A DNA stretch of 64,000 bases from an uncultured Methanomicrobiales archaeon (GCA_963758915.1 CAVWXH010000010.1:64001-128000); one strand, 5' to 3'; positions 10,518 to 21,831 are shown, counted from the stretch's first letter. Notes: generated from the letters alone by a model not told the origin. Numbers and translations: made by a program.

Positions 10518-11788
10518 TAATAACCCGTCCTGTATCGTAATATGGCGGCAATGCCACCAAAAGCCGTAAAAAGAATTGAACCTTCTTCAAAATCGTCAGA
10601 TATTATTTCCACCTTTGCACTGCTCTGGTCGGCAATTTTCGTCAGCTCATCGATGATATCCACCTCTTCATCAAGGACCAGCGGAGCGGTGCAATTCGGG
10701 CAGTTACCCAATTCAAGGTCTTTAACGGTTTTTCCCGCCTGTAGTACTACCGTGTAGTTTTTGGTATAGCCACAACCCGGACACCTGATTGTTAACCTGG
10801 ATTTCCGGAGACTGGCTGAGAGCAGGAGTATTTCAACGGCGCCGAGTTCAAGGTTTTTCCTGATATTCTCCTCACCGTACGAAGCAGCCCCGTTATCCTT
10901 TACCAGCTCTTTCAGGAACCGCTGCATTACTGCCTTTTCCTTCACCACGGTCATTCCCTTGAGTGCGTCTTCTGCGGCATCGACCAGTTCGTCAAGACCG
11001 CTTTCATTGGTGTAGGCCACATCAAAAATACCGATGATACGTTTCTGGATCTCGTGGTGGAGGAAATTGCCCGCCTCAAATTCTTCCTTTGTCGGGCTTG
11101 GCCCACCTATCAGGACGCCCTTGAACCTCTCAAAAAAGTCTTTTTCTGCAAGGAAAATTGCACTTGAGCGTTCACCTATTTTTGTATAAAACTCGTTAAT
11201 TGCGATCTCCCTGAGCCGCCCGAACCGGGCTGCCGACTGGCCGCCTTTTCGCTGTTTTCCGGGGACTGTGGACGTGACGCCTCCAATCGGTTCGATATGG
11301 TTACCGCGGAGAAAACCCCAGTATGCTTCCCTGCGGTCCAGGACCAGGAGGCCATAGACGCTCTTTTCCTCAAGCATCTGCCGTAGCGGCTCGAGCTCGA
11401 ACTGTGAGCTGCACCGGTACATATAGAGATGGAGCGGCTCCGGGGGCTCGATAATGGTGCACTCCAGGTCGCTGCGATCACCACCGAGCAGGATTGTACC
11501 GCAGAGGACTGCAAGACCGTTTGCGGGCGGTCTTTTATAGTATTTCAGGCGGGAAAGGATTGAAGAGATGGCGCTCTGGACATTAACTTTCGTCTGTTTG
11601 CTCTTGATATTCGCACACTGGCCGAATTCGTCCTTGAGCTGGTTAGTCACATCATAGATCTGCTTGTCAGGGGGGATGTAGATCGTAATAAGTTCTGTCC
11701 CGCTCCCCTGCTTCGCTTCAAGCTTCTCAAGCGTCTTTTTAAATTCGTAGCGGCGTCGCGCCTCGTCCATCTCTTCAACTTCAGCCAT
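10517..11788 (-). CDS. prf1: Peptide chain release factor aRF1
   Basis: NIKS, YRC, GGQS motifs; CxxC zinc-ribbon mini-domain; FGGIAAILRY C-terminus. Confidence 0.97.
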   Translation of the reverse strand: MAEVEEMDEARRRYEFKKTLEKLEAKQGSGTELITIYIPPDKQIYDVTNQLKDEFGQCANIKSKQTKVNVQSAISSILSRLKYYKRPPANGLAVLCGTILLGGDRSDLECTIIEPPEPLHLYMYRCSSQFELEPLRQMLEEKSVYGLLVLDRREAYWGFLRGNHIEPIGGVTSTVPGKQRKGGQSAARFGRLREIAINEFYTKIGERSSAIFLAEKDFFERFKGVLIGGPSPTKEEFEAGNFLHHEIQKRIIGIFDVAYTNESGLDELVDAAEDALKGMTVVKEKAVMQRFLKELVKDNGAASYGEENIRKNLELGAVEILLLSASLRKSRLTIRCPGCGYTKNYTVVLQAGKTVKDLELGNCPNCTAPLVLDEEVDIIDELTKIADQSSAKVEIISDDFEEGSILFTAFGGIAAILRYRTGY

Positions 11789-11829
11789 ACAGGAACTCCC
11801 GGTACCGGGTCATTATCTATTTCACGCCT

Positions 11830-12732
11830 TCAGCCATAAATTTGAGTATACTCAGCTATCAGTACCTGGTCGACCTCACCATTGACCCCGTGTGTCCCGT
11901 TGAATGAGAAGAACTCCTTTGGCTCTTTTGCAAGGTCAAACAGTTTCCTACCATCGCTGAATGGTATAACCGGATCATCCGGTGCGTGGAACAGGAATAC
12001 CTGTCTTGGGGAAATTCCCCCGATATAGACGTCAGGGTCGATAGAGAGGAGGAATTTTCTTGCGGCCTCTGTGTAACTCGGGTTGTTCCCGGCCCTACCG
12101 AATCCCGATGTCGATATCCCAACGTACCCTGCGAAACCAGGGTCGATTGCGCTGGCAACCGCAGCATACCTGCCCCCGTTACTCTCCCCTGATGCATAGA
12201 CCGGTACACTGTACCGCGATGTGAGGTACTGCTGTGCATTGATCATATCGCACACGGTATCATAGTATTCAGGGGTCCCGCCCTTCTGGTACAGGTCGAA
12301 ATCTTTCTCAAAATCCAATGGATAACCCGGGGTTTCACCCCCGTTTCCCCTGATGTCGAGGACGAGGTAGGCATAACCGTTTTGTGCATAGGAAACGGCC
12401 CTCCCTTCATGCCCCTCTTTTTTGTTCCCCGCACCGGGTGCATGCACAAACGCGGCCTTGGGACGTGCACCCTCCGGTGCTGCCAGCAGGCCGAATACAT
12501 CCCCGTGGGGTGTATGGAATACCAGCCGGCTTACGGTTACATCGGCCCCTGTTGAAAGGGCGGTCTCCGTGACCTGGACCGGTGGACACTGGACGGATAA
12601 TATACCTGAAGAATTCACAGCATACGTCCGGCCCGCCGGGGGCGTCCCGGTACAGCCTGCCAGCAGGACCGATACAATGGCCAGGATTCCAAGCCACGCA
12701 ATCCAGCGATATCGTTTCATAACCGGGCGCAT
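11830..12732 (-). CDS. Alpha/beta-hydrolase lipoprotein (esterase/peptidase-like)
   Basis: Lipobox LLAGC, GESNGG nucleophile elbow, D(PVIP) and GTH triad residues; start approximate. Confidence 0.8.
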   Translation of the reverse strand: MRPVMKRYRWIAWLGILAIVSVLLAGCTGTPPAGRTYAVNSSGILSVQCPPVQVTETALSTGADVTVSRLVFHTPHGDVFGLLAAPEGARPKAAFVHAPGAGNKKEGHEGRAVSYAQNGYAYLVLDIRGNGGETPGYPLDFEKDFDLYQKGGTPEYYDTVCDMINAQQYLTSRYSVPVYASGESNGGRYAAVASAIDPGFAGYVGISTSGFGRAGNNPSYTEAARKFLLSIDPDVYIGGISPRQVFLFHAPDDPVIPFSDGRKLFDLAKEPKEFFSFNGTHGVNGEVDQVLIAEYTQIYG

Positions 12733-12733
12733 T

Positions 12734-13234
12734 TTACCCCCAGAGGCAGCGGTAGACGACACTGATGGTTTTTGCATCCGAAACCCGGCCATCGAGACAC
12801 ATCTGCTCCAGTTCCCGGCCCGTTACCGTTACCAGCTCGATCAACTCGTCCTCGTCTTTTTCGAAGGCATCAGATGGCGAAAGGTTCCTGGCCTCAAAGA
12901 GGTGGAGTTTTTCATCCGAAAAACCCGGTGTAGTATAGATCCACCCTTTTTCAACCATATCTCCTGCCTGGCAGCCCGTCTCTTCGATGAGTTCCCTGTG
13001 TGCGGTCTCAACCGGAGATTCTCCTTCCTCCAGTTTTCCGGCAGGTGCTTCGAGAATGTAAGTGCCAACTGCAAACCGGTATTGCCGGATCAGGTGCCAG
13101 CACGTATCCCCGCATTTCGGGAGGACGACCACGGCATCCCCGGGGTGGGCTATGACACCCTCTTTCTTTCGCCCATCCGGGAGCGTGTACTCCACACGTT
13201 CAATTACAAGGCGTTTACTCCGGAACAGTTCCAT
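12734..13234 (-). CDS. NUDIX hydrolase (ADP-ribose pyrophosphatase-like)
   Basis: Nudix box GKLEEGESPVETAHRELIEETG; TPGFSDE. Confidence 0.9.
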   Translation of the reverse strand: MELFRSKRLVIERVEYTLPDGRKKEGVIAHPGDAVVVLPKCGDTCWHLIRQYRFAVGTYILEAPAGKLEEGESPVETAHRELIEETGCQAGDMVEKGWIYTTPGFSDEKLHLFEARNLSPSDAFEKDEDELIELVTVTGRELEQMCLDGRVSDAKTISVVYRCLWG

Positions 13235-13237
13235 TGT

Positions 13238-13906
13238 TCACTCCTTTGCGTAGGGAATTGGGTCCCGGACTCCCGCAGACCGAAAGGCCTCTTTTCTGAA
13301 ATGGCAGGAACCGCATACCCCGCATGCCATGTCTTCCCGCTGGTAACAGGACCAGGTATGCTGGTAAGGAACACCGAGAGTGAGGCCCCGTTCAAGGATA
13401 TCCGTTTTTGTCATCGAGATAAACGGGGTCAGCAGTTTAATATGGGTGTCATCCCTGGTACCGGTATCGACCACCTTCTGGAATGCCTCAATAAACTGTG
13501 GCCGGCAGTCCGGGTAGCCGCTGTAGTCCAGCGACTGGACACCGATAAAGATTGTATCGGCCTTCCGTGATTCGGCAAAGCTTGTGGCAATGGAAAGGAG
13601 GTTTGCGTTCCGGAACGGGACGTAGGTATTGGGGATTCCAGCGCGGGACTCATCGAATTCTTCAACCTCTATTGAACGGTCTGTAAGGCTCGAATCCCCG
13701 AACTGGGAAAGGTAACCGAGACTGACCTCGATAAATTCCTTTGCGTCCAGCAGTTTTGCAATAGTTTTCGCCGACTGGAGCTCACGCCGCTCAGTCCTCT
13801 GGCCATAATTCACGTGCAGTGCGTAGATCTCATAACCCTGGTCTTTTGCGACGTATGCGAGCGTGCTGGAGTCCATTCCGCCCGATAACAGGCATATTGC
13901 TTTCAT
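13238..13906 (-). CDS. queC: 7-cyano-7-deazaguanine synthase
   Basis: SGGMDS, YVPFRN, GYPDCR, TWSCY..CGVCGSC. Confidence 0.96.
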   Translation of the reverse strand: MKAICLLSGGMDSSTLAYVAKDQGYEIYALHVNYGQRTERRELQSAKTIAKLLDAKEFIEVSLGYLSQFGDSSLTDRSIEVEEFDESRAGIPNTYVPFRNANLLSIATSFAESRKADTIFIGVQSLDYSGYPDCRPQFIEAFQKVVDTGTRDDTHIKLLTPFISMTKTDILERGLTLGVPYQHTWSCYQREDMACGVCGSCHFRKEAFRSAGVRDPIPYAKE

Positions 13907-14514
13907 TAGCGGACACCGATTATTTTATGGAGCTGTACCTGGAACCTGACCGGCAGGTTGTTATCAAGTACATAGCATGCCAGTTCATGGTAGTCTGACC
14001 CTGCCACGGGTGAGAAAAAGATCTCTCCCCTGATCGGGTGTTGCTGGATTACCTCTGACGCATATTGGCAGTCTTCCCGGTCACCGACTACAAATTTCAC
14101 GCTATCCCCGGAGGTGATTTTTCTGAGGAGTGAAAGATCGCTCTGTTCCCCTGAAGACGGGCACTTGACATCCATGCAGATGGTGGCATTATCCTGGACC
14201 TGTCCGAAATCGATTGTACCATTGGTTTCGATCTCAATTGAATATCCAAGCCTGCTGAGACGGGAGAGCAGTACGCGGAGTTCTGATACCTGGAGAAGCG
14301 GCTCCCCGCCGGTAATACATATTTCCCTGCAACCGGACCCCTCCACTCTCTTAATGATCTCATCATTATCGATCTCCTGTCCACCCTCGTGTGAATGCGG
14401 TGTATCACACCATCTGCAATCCAGGTTGCACCCGGCGAGCCGGACGAACACAGCGGGTTTTCCCTGGTTACGTCCCTCTCCCTGGATACTTTTAAAAATT
14501 TCAACCAGTTTCAT
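13906..14514 (-). CDS. queE: 7-carboxy-7-deazaguanine synthase (radical SAM)
   Basis: [32 protein letters not shown]-terminus. Confidence 0.95.
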   Translation of the reverse strand: MKLVEIFKSIQGEGRNQGKPAVFVRLAGCNLDCRWCDTPHSHEGGQEIDNDEIIKRVEGSGCREICITGGEPLLQVSELRVLLSRLSRLGYSIEIETNGTIDFGQVQDNATICMDVKCPSSGEQSDLSLLRKITSGDSVKFVVGDREDCQYASEVIQQHPIRGEIFFSPVAGSDYHELACYVLDNNLPVRFQVQLHKIIGVR

Positions 14515-14915
14515 TCTGTAATCTCTGCAAAACAGGTGGGGGATTCCCAGACCCTGATTTTTTCAACAACGGCGTCGAGACCTGCTGTTGTACACTCGGT
14601 ATTAATACGCACCCTGATGATATCTGCAAGCAGCTCGCTGGTCGGGTCTCCAGGTGTCCTGATGACCGGCTGGAACTGTTCAAGGCACTCGACCATCGGG
14701 TCCTGTTCGTTGAGGATCACCTGGTGATCATAGTATTCTATCGTCTCACGGATCCGATTATAGTCCACAAGGATCCCGGTGACCTTGTCGATGGAACCCC
14801 TGACCCAGACTTCCACCTTCCATCGGTGACCATGAAGGTTTGCACATTTGCCGTTATAATGGAGCAAACGATGACTTGCATCGAAATATGCGTTCTTGTA
14901 AATCCGGGAAATCAT
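14511..14915 (-). CDS. queD: 6-carboxy-5,6,7,8-tetrahydropterin synthase
   Basis: FDASHRL..CANLHGH, DH, PTSE, VWES; real start is the ATG at 14915 (ORF track over-extends into rps12). Confidence 0.92.
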   Translation of the reverse strand: MISRIYKNAYFDASHRLLHYNGKCANLHGHRWKVEVWVRGSIDKVTGILVDYNRIRETIEYYDHQVILNEQDPMVECLEQFQPVIRTPGDPTSELLADIIRVRINTECTTAGLDAVVEKIRVWESPTCFAEITE

Positions 14916-15081
14916 TGTAAGAATTATGCGGGACGGGGATATAATATTATTATCAATAGAGACTAACACATACAGGCAAGCGAGAGCAATTGCACAATAT
15001 ATAAATTTGTTCCGCGCGTTTGTATTATATCTCAGCGAGATACATATGCATCCATAAAAAACAGATTTACGAGGGTATTTA

Positions 15082-15510
15082 ATGGGACAGGGTAAATTTG
15101 CAGCGAGAAAACTCACTCGCGACTCAAAAAAATTCAGGTGGAGTGATCCCACCTATGCACGGCGTCAGGACCAGCTGGACCTCAAATCCGACCCATTAGA
15201 GGGTGCGCCTCAGGGGCGCGGGATTGTCCTCGAGAAGATTGGAGTTGAGGCCAAGCAGCCGAACTCCGCGATCCGGAAATGTGTCCGTGTCCAGCTCATC
15301 AAGAACGGGCGTCAGGTCACTGCTTTTGCAGTGGGCGATGGTGCAATCAACTTTATCGATGAGCACGACGAAGTCGAGATTGAGGGAATTGGTGGCAGGC
15401 TCGGGCGTTCCATGGGAGATATCCCTGGTGTCCGGTATGTCGTTACCAAGGTCAATAACGTCTGCCTCCATGAAATGGTAATTGGCAGGAAGGAGAAACC
15501 ACGCAGGTGA
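15082..15510 (+). CDS. rps12: 30S ribosomal protein S12 (uS12)
   Basis: [31 protein letters not shown]. Confidence 0.98.
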   Translation: MGQGKFAARKLTRDSKKFRWSDPTYARRQDQLDLKSDPLEGAPQGRGIVLEKIGVEAKQPNSAIRKCVRVQLIKNGRQVTAFAVGDGAINFIDEHDEVEIEGIGGRLGRSMGDIPGVRYVVTKVNNVCLHEMVIGRKEKPRR

Positions 15511-15515
15511 TTTTT

Positions 15516-16103
15516 GTGGCAGAAAACGAGAAAAAAGAGACGAAGAAACTGCTCTTTAACCAGTGGGATATGAGCGAAGTCCAGATTAATGACCCTGCCC
15601 TTGTGCGGTATATCAACCTCCACTCCATGATTGTACCCCATTCATGTGGGAAATTTACCCGCCAGGAGTTCAACAAGGCAAATATGCTGATTGTTGAGCG
15701 CCTGATCAACCGGCTCATGAAGTCATCGAAGAATACAGGAAAAAAGACCCTTGCGATCCGGATTGTTACGGATGCATTTGATATCATCAATAAGAAGACC
15801 AAAAAGAACCCGGTCCAGGTACTCGTGGAAGCAGTAACAAATACCGGCCAGAGGGAAGAAACGGTACGGCTTAAATATGGTGGTATCAATGTCCCGAAAT
15901 CAGTCGATACTGCACCCCTCCGCCGTGTCAATACATCAATGTTCTTCATATCAGAAGCGGTCTACAAGAGCTCCCAGAAGAGCAAAAAATCAGCTAGTGC
16001 GGCTCTTGCAGATGAACTGATCGCGGCATCAAAGGGCGATGTAAAGACATATTCTGTGAACAAAAAGGAAGAACGTGAACGGATAGCAAAGTCCGCACGT
16101 TAA
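15516..16103 (+). CDS. rps7: 30S ribosomal protein S7 (uS7)
   Basis: IVERLINRLM, NPVQVLVEAV, KKEERERIAKSAR; GTG start 6 nt after AGGTG. Confidence 0.97.
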   Translation: MAENEKKETKKLLFNQWDMSEVQINDPALVRYINLHSMIVPHSCGKFTRQEFNKANMLIVERLINRLMKSSKNTGKKTLAIRIVTDAFDIINKKTKKNPVQVLVEAVTNTGQREETVRLKYGGINVPKSVDTAPLRRVNTSMFFISEAVYKSSQKSKKSASAALADELIAASKGDVKTYSVNKKEERERIAKSAR

Positions 16104-16136
16104 TTATTACAATCTCTTTTTCAAAGGTGTTTTTCA

Positions 16137-18329
16137 ATGGCTCGTGGCAAAAAAATGGTTGAGCGCGTAATGGAGCTCATGACTGAACCGGTCCACATCC
16201 GGAATATCGGTATCGTAGCACATATTGACCATGGCAAAACGACCCTTTCTGATAACCTGCTTGCAGGGGCAGGCATTATCAGCGAGGAACTTGCCGGCAA
16301 ACAACTCTTCATGGATTCCGACGAGGAAGAGCAGGCACGTGGAATTACCATCGATGCAAGCAACGTCTCGATGGTCCACGAATACAATGGTCAGGAGTAC
16401 CTGATCAATATGATCGATACCCCCGGACACGTGGACTTCGGTGGCGACGTTACCCGGGCCATGCGGGCTGTTGACGGGGCAGTTGTCCTTGTCGATGCAG
16501 TTGAAGGGACGATGCCCCAGACCGAGACCGTTCTTCGTCAGGCATTAAAGGAACAGGTCCGTCCCATCCTGTTTATCAATAAAGTCGACCGGCTGATCAA
16601 TGAACTCAAGGTGGATGAGATGGAGATGCAGATCCGCCTTGGTAAGGTTATTGACAAGGTTAACAAGCTTATCAAGGGCATGAACGAGGAGAGCTACAAC
16701 AACGGCTGGAAACTGGATGCATCAAAGGGGACCGTAGCATTCGGTTCAGCATTGTATAACTGGGCCGTATCGGCGCCCTACATGAAAAAGAGTGGTGTCT
16801 CGTTCAAAGATGTATATGACAAGTGTAAGGCCGGGGATATGAAGAGCCTTGCTCAGAGCAGCCCGCTCTCTGAAGTATTACTTGACATGGTTGTCACGCA
16901 CCTGCCAAACCCGAAAGATGCACAGAAGCGTCGTATCGGTGTGATCTGGCATGGTGACAAGGAGAGTCCCGAAGGGAAAGCCATGCTTAACTGTGATCCA
17001 AACGGACCGGTTTCCATGATGGTCACCGACATCTCGTTCGATCCCCATGCAGGTGAAGTGGCCACCGGCAGGTTGTTCTCCGGGAAAATGAAGCGCGGCG
17101 ACGAAGTGTATGTAATGGGCACTGCCGGGAAATCGAACCGCCTCCAGCAGGTGGGTATTTTCATGGGGCCGAAGAGGGTCGAAGTGGAGGACCTTTTCTG
17201 TGGAAATATTGCAGCGGTCACGGGTCTTAAGGACGCAATAGTTGGTTCGACCGTTACCTCCCTGATGAATATCACTCCGTTCGAGTCCCTGAAACATTAC
17301 AGCGAACCGGTCATGACCGTTGCGGTAGAAGCAAAGAACATGAAGGACCTGCCGAAACTGGTTGAAGTGCTCCGGCAGGTGGGAAAAGAAGACCCGACTC
17401 TCCAGGTTGCCATTAACGAGGAGACCGGGGAGCACCTCATTGCAGGGATGGGAGAACTTCATCTCGAGATTGTCACAGGCCGGATTAAGCGTGACAAGGG
17501 TGTGGAAATTGTCACCTCGGAACCGATTGTTGTGTACCGTGAGACGGCAGTCCAGAAGGCTGGTCCGGTGGAAGGAAAATCACCGAACCGTCACAACAGG
17601 TTCTACCTTGTACTCGAACCCTTATCTGACGATGTCGTGAACCTGATCAGGAACGGGGAGGTCTCGATGAACCAGACCGCTCTAGAACGCAGGGATATCC
17701 TTGTCAAGGCCGGAATGGAAAAGGATGAGGCCAAGAGTATCAAGGACATCAAGGGTACCAACATGCTCATCGATATGACAAAAGGTATCCAGTACCTGAA
17801 TGAGACGATGGAGTTGATCATTGAAGGCCTCCACGAGGCGCTTGCAGGTGGCCCGCTTGCGGACGAACCCGTGCAGAACTTAAAAATCAGCCTTGTTGAT
17901 GTCAAGCTCCACGAGGATGCCATTCACCGCGGACCTGCACAGGTTATCCCTGCAGTCCGGAGTGCCGTGAAGGCCGGTCTTCTCCTTGCCGGGGACTCGC
18001 TCCTTGAGCCCGTCCAGAAGATCCAGATTACTGTCCCGACAGACCAGATGGGGAATGCGACGTCCCAGATCCAGGGCCGCCGCGGTACAATCTTCGATAT
18101 CATGAGTGAAGGTGACACCATTACGGTGGTTGGGAAGGCCCCGGTGGCAGAGCTGTTCGGGTTTGCCGGCGACATCCGCTCGGCAACGGAAGGTCGTGCC
18201 ATGTGGAGTACAGAATTCATCGGTTTCGAACTGGTCCCGAATAACCTGGTCAAGGAAGTAGTCCTTGGAATCAGGAAGAGAAAGGGATTGAAAGAATCAG
18301 TCCCGACACCTGCAGATTACCTCGCATGA
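16137..18329 (+). CDS. fusA: Elongation factor aEF-2
   Basis: [22 protein letters not shown]; diphthamide loop LHEDAIHRG intact. Confidence 0.98.
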   Translation: MARGKKMVERVMELMTEPVHIRNIGIVAHIDHGKTTLSDNLLAGAGIISEELAGKQLFMDSDEEEQARGITIDASNVSMVHEYNGQEYLINMIDTPGHVDFGGDVTRAMRAVDGAVVLVDAVEGTMPQTETVLRQALKEQVRPILFINKVDRLINELKVDEMEMQIRLGKVIDKVNKLIKGMNEESYNNGWKLDASKGTVAFGSALYNWAVSAPYMKKSGVSFKDVYDKCKAGDMKSLAQSSPLSEVLLDMVVTHLPNPKDAQKRRIGVIWHGDKESPEGKAMLNCDPNGPVSMMVTDISFDPHAGEVATGRLFSGKMKRGDEVYVMGTAGKSNRLQQVGIFMGPKRVEVEDLFCGNIAAVTGLKDAIVGSTVTSLMNITPFESLKHYSEPVMTVAVEAKNMKDLPKLVEVLRQVGKEDPTLQVAINEETGEHLIAGMGELHLEIVTGRIKRDKGVEIVTSEPIVVYRETAVQKAGPVEGKSPNRHNRFYLVLEPLSDDVVNLIRNGEVSMNQTALERRDILVKAGMEKDEAKSIKDIKGTNMLIDMTKGIQYLNETMELIIEGLHEALAGGPLADEPVQNLKISLVDVKLHEDAIHRGPAQVIPAVRSAVKAGLLLAGDSLLEPVQKIQITVPTDQMGNATSQIQGRRGTIFDIMSEGDTITVVGKAPVAELFGFAGDIRSATEGRAMWSTEFIGFELVPNNLVKEVVLGIRKRKGLKESVPTPADYLA

Positions 18330-18545
18330 GGTAACCTCTCGGTTTTTTTCAGCCCCGGTTTCCAGGAATCAGCAGTTTTGCGACCTTGGATTATGGATCA
18401 CATGATTTTATTCTGCCCGTATTGAAAACAGAGGGCCAGGACAACCCGGTATGCGGGAATTGGCAAAATTTTTTATAGTTTTGCCAAGAGAGGTTAATTC
18501 TGAATCTTTAAGAAAAAAGAAAGGATGAATGAAGAGGAATATATA

Positions 18546-19097
18546 ATGTGGAAGAAGTCAGCGTTACCATTTGTAATCATTGGAATACTATGTATCGGGG
18601 TCCTCGTTGCAGGTTGTACCGGGACTGCCGGCCAGTCGAAAACCGTCCCAGCGGCGGTGTCCGGCGGGCCTTCAAAGGCACCTGAACTTGTCGTCCCGGC
18701 ATCAGTCTCCGGGTTTACCCAGGAATTGAAATACGATCATGAGCAGCCGATGTTCCAGGACGAAGAATACCTTGCGACAGGGCTGTATAAACCTGAAATT
18801 AACTCCACCTATGAAGGAAATGTGGCGTACCTTGCTGTAATTGTTGACAAATTTGTGAACAGCACTGCAGCGTCCGGGTTTTATGAAGAAATTAACGGGA
18901 CCCCGGTGACCGTATCCGGAAATTCAGGAAAATACAATTATGACCCTGATACGGGAATGGCATCGGTGGTCGTGATTCGTTCTGACTTAATCATCGGGAG
19001 TTCAGCACAGGCCCCGGAAAATATGACGTCGTTTGATGAGAAAGTCCTCCGGAATGCAGCATTATCAGGGACCGAAGCAGCTCTCCGGAACCTTTGA
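18546..19097 (+). CDS. Hypothetical lipoprotein
   Basis: Basic N-terminus, hydrophobic stretch, LVAGC lipobox. Confidence 0.7.
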   Translation: MWKKSALPFVIIGILCIGVLVAGCTGTAGQSKTVPAAVSGGPSKAPELVVPASVSGFTQELKYDHEQPMFQDEEYLATGLYKPEINSTYEGNVAYLAVIVDKFVNSTAASGFYEEINGTPVTVSGNSGKYNYDPDTGMASVVVIRSDLIIGSSAQAPENMTSFDEKVLRNAALSGTEAALRNL

Positions 19098-19146
19098 TCT
19101 GGATATGGAGGATATCAAGGGGCTTTCTCTCTTCCATTTCTCCTCA

Positions 19147-19549
19147 TTTTTTTTTGAAATCCTAAGTGGAATATTAAAAATTAACAGAACTGCTCAGACA
19201 GGAGGGGGTTTCACCCCCTCCCTGCCCCACTCCCGATAAGATATCCATTGGCAGGGGTCAATTGGGACATTCAAGGAAATTTTCAGAGATTAAAGAGATC
19301 ATTCCTTATCCCAACCGGGGTCGCCAAAGCGGCGGGGCATGAGCCCCGGGAGCGTGACGAAATTTTGCAATTACCAATCTCCAAGATAGATTTGAGTATG
19401 TTAACAGAGTCGGTATAACCTAATCTGAAAGATAGATTGAGAGGGTTTCCCATGTAAATGCCTGGACTGACCCCAATATAAGGAGATCTTATAGCCATTT
19501 TCAATCGTCCGGGTGTGAACCTCCCGTTCATGTGTATTTCAACAAAGCC
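19147..19549. mobile_element. MITE-like repeat, copy 2 (left end degenerate)
   Basis: Right end TTTCAACAAAGCC; core ATCCCAACCGGGGTCGCCAAAGCGGCGGGGCATGAGCCCCGGGAGCGTGAC shared with other copies. Confidence 0.75.
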
Positions 19550-19622
19550 AAAAAACCCACAATTTCAAGCAGGTCGAAAGGATTATGAAAAATCCCGAAA
19601 TTCCAATGGAAAAGAAAAAAAA

Positions 19623-20493
19623 TTAGATATAGGGTATCCGGAGTCCCTTGCTGACACCGAATGTTTTCCTCTCTTCGACGGTCTTCTGGTTCTTGCCGAT
19701 CTTTTCGTTTGCCAGCTTTGTGACAAGCTCAAGACCTGGTTTCACCGAGTCGATTGCCTTCGTTTCGAAGCATCCGGCTGCGACTGACTTTGCCCAGATA
19801 TCATCTCCCTTCTTGGACCTTACAAATACCGTGCTCCAGCCATCGGGGCTGCCGACGGAACCGCAGGACACATCAGCGAGATTTGCTACGTAGTCAAGAC
19901 ATACGTGGCATCCTGGCTGCTCGTACTTGTGGGTAACCTTGAGTGGCAGTGGAACGACTGCGCCACGCTCGCTCATGAAGGTGAACTTGCCCTTGCCGAT
20001 CTCCATCTTCTTGACGGACTCGAGGCTCATTGCCGCATGGTCTTCGGCCAGCTGCACGATGCTCTGGTACGGGAAGTTCTCCATGCAGAAGATACCGATT
20101 GCGAGTGCAATCTTGTCGCTTACGTCACGGAGGCCGATTGGATATAACTGGCCTTTCCTGACTGCCTGCATCTGGCACGGTGTGCCTACGATACCGACCT
20201 TGTCAAGACCGTAGCTGCGGGTTGCTTCCTTGATGAATGAGACATTCGGGCTGATGTTATATTTCGTACCACGAGCTGCCATCAACTCTTCATACGGTGG
20301 TTGCAATCATTGGGCGTGGTTTCCATGGCAGATCGCCAGGTCCGGCTACGATTGCGCCGTCAATGATGCCCTCTTCGAGTGCATACGCAAAGAGCGTGGT
20401 AACAATACCGCCGTCCTGTGCTCCCGCGAGGATTGCCTTGTCGGTGCTTCGTGCTGAAACGCATGATTTGTATTTACCGAGTTCTGCTCCCAT
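19623..20493 (-). CDS. frhB: F420-reducing hydrogenase beta subunit (split by a 1-nt insertion near 20295)
   Basis: N-part AQDGGIVT in one frame; [38 protein letters not shown] in the next frame. Confidence 0.93.
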
Positions 20494-20503
20494 TTTTGTC
20501 ACC

Positions 20504-21358
20504 TCACTTCATCACCGTATCAATGAGTTCCATGATACTTTCGTATTCAGGTACCACATCGAAGCTGAACCAGCTTCTCGGGCACTGGTTGTAGCATGCG
20601 CCACACTTGATGCAGAGGTCTCTGGTCCCCTGGGGCTTCCCGAACTCATGGGTAATTGCACGGACAGGGCATGCTGCAGCGCAGCTACCGCATCCCATGC
20701 AGAGACCCTGGTTGATCACTTCGGTCATCAGGTCGCAGAAGCACGCGCTTGTTCCCTTCTGTGCCGCCATCATCAGCGGTTTAAGGTAGTTTGTTGCAAG
20801 TGCTTTCTGTTCCGGTGAACCCTTCAGCAACAGGTATGCCATAATACAGACATTCCTGATCATCTGGGGAGTCGGAGCGCATCCGGGGATATATACATCG
20901 ACCTTGATAAGGTCCCCGATTGGCAGGAATGATTCGTGCTGCGGCTGGTTTTGCTGACCGCCGCGGCAGAACCTTGTGATGTTACCATAGCTGGCGCATC
21001 CGCCAACGGCTACCACAATTGCTGCCTTTTCTCTTGTCTGTTTAATCTCTTCAACTGAAAGTTTGTCATTAATGCAGACGGAACCCTCAACAAGCGCAAC
21101 ATCCATTTTTGGGATGTGACGAACATCTGCAAGCGTCAGACCGTATACGAGGTCTGCATACTTGTCCAGAATTGTCAAGAGTCCACCGTAGTTGTCTGCT
21201 AAGGACACAAGACAGCCAGTACATCCACTCATGTGCACATGGCCCACTGTAATCTTGTCTACCACAGGCTTAACCTCCTTTTTACTTGTTTCTGCCTTTG
21301 CTACGTCAGCTGGTTTCTGCTGATCGTCTTTCTTGAAGACACTTGATAGAAGTCCCAT
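20504..21358 (-). CDS. frhG: F420-reducing hydrogenase gamma subunit
   Basis: SGCTGC, EGSVC, GGCA, IPGCAP, two ferredoxin motifs; alternative GTG start at 21265. Confidence 0.96.
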   Translation of the reverse strand: MGLLSSVFKKDDQQKPADVAKAETSKKEVKPVVDKITVGHVHMSGCTGCLVSLADNYGGLLTILDKYADLVYGLTLADVRHIPKMDVALVEGSVCINDKLSVEEIKQTREKAAIVVAVGGCASYGNITRFCRGGQQNQPQHESFLPIGDLIKVDVYIPGCAPTPQMIRNVCIMAYLLLKGSPEQKALATNYLKPLMMAAQKGTSACFCDLMTEVINQGLCMGCGSCAAACPVRAITHEFGKPQGTRDLCIKCGACYNQCPRSWFSFDVVPEYESIMELIDTVMK

Positions 21359-21818
21359 AATTTACCCCTACTGTTTCTAACACTATCCGAATCGTTTTCG
21401 GAATCGCCTTTGTTATCTCATCAGAGAGCCCGATTTCAAATTCGGGGCTGGTAACACGTTTAGGCTGGCACCCGATCACCGTGATGTTAATGTCATCTTT
21501 CAGGCGATGGAGCGGTTCGGTCAGGTCCCATGAATGAGCGTCACGATACGCTCCTGGTGGCAGATCCTCCACCCTGAGTTTGGTTATTGATCCAGGTTCT
21601 GCACCGAAATCGGCAATATCGATTATTACAAGCTGCCTGGTCACTTCCGGATCAAGGAGCGTAAAAATAAAGTGCGGGCCGCCAAGGCCTGCATCTATTA
21701 TTGTCACATTGTCGGGAAGTGTAAGTTTCTGCATTTCCTCGATTACTGCCGGTCCAAATCCATCATCTGCGAACAGGGGGTTTCCACACCCTGCAATCAC
21801 GATCTCGGTGAACAACAT
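21306..21818 (-). CDS. frhD: F420-reducing hydrogenase maturation protease
   Basis: GCGNPLFADDGFG, DAG, DAH; sits within frhADGB. Confidence 0.94.
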   Translation of the reverse strand: MLFTEIVIAGCGNPLFADDGFGPAVIEEMQKLTLPDNVTIIDAGLGGPHFIFTLLDPEVTRQLVIIDIADFGAEPGSITKLRVEDLPPGAYRDAHSWDLTEPLHRLKDDINITVIGCQPKRVTSPEFEIGLSDEITKAIPKTIRIVLETVGVNYGTSIKCLQERRSAETS

Positions 21819-21831
21819 CGTGTGTTACAAC

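Noticed and set aside
12422-13570. 382-aa plus-strand ORF
   Set aside because: Antisense shadow of the hydrolase, NUDIX and queC genes; no recognisable motifs.
14916-15152. N-terminal extension of QueD in the ORF track
   Set aside because: Crosses the divergent promoter region and overlaps rps12; homology begins at ATG 14915.
20290-20292. In-frame TGA in frhB as selenocysteine
   Set aside because: Homology continues in a different frame, the position is not a Cys site, and FrhA has Cys in DPCVSC.
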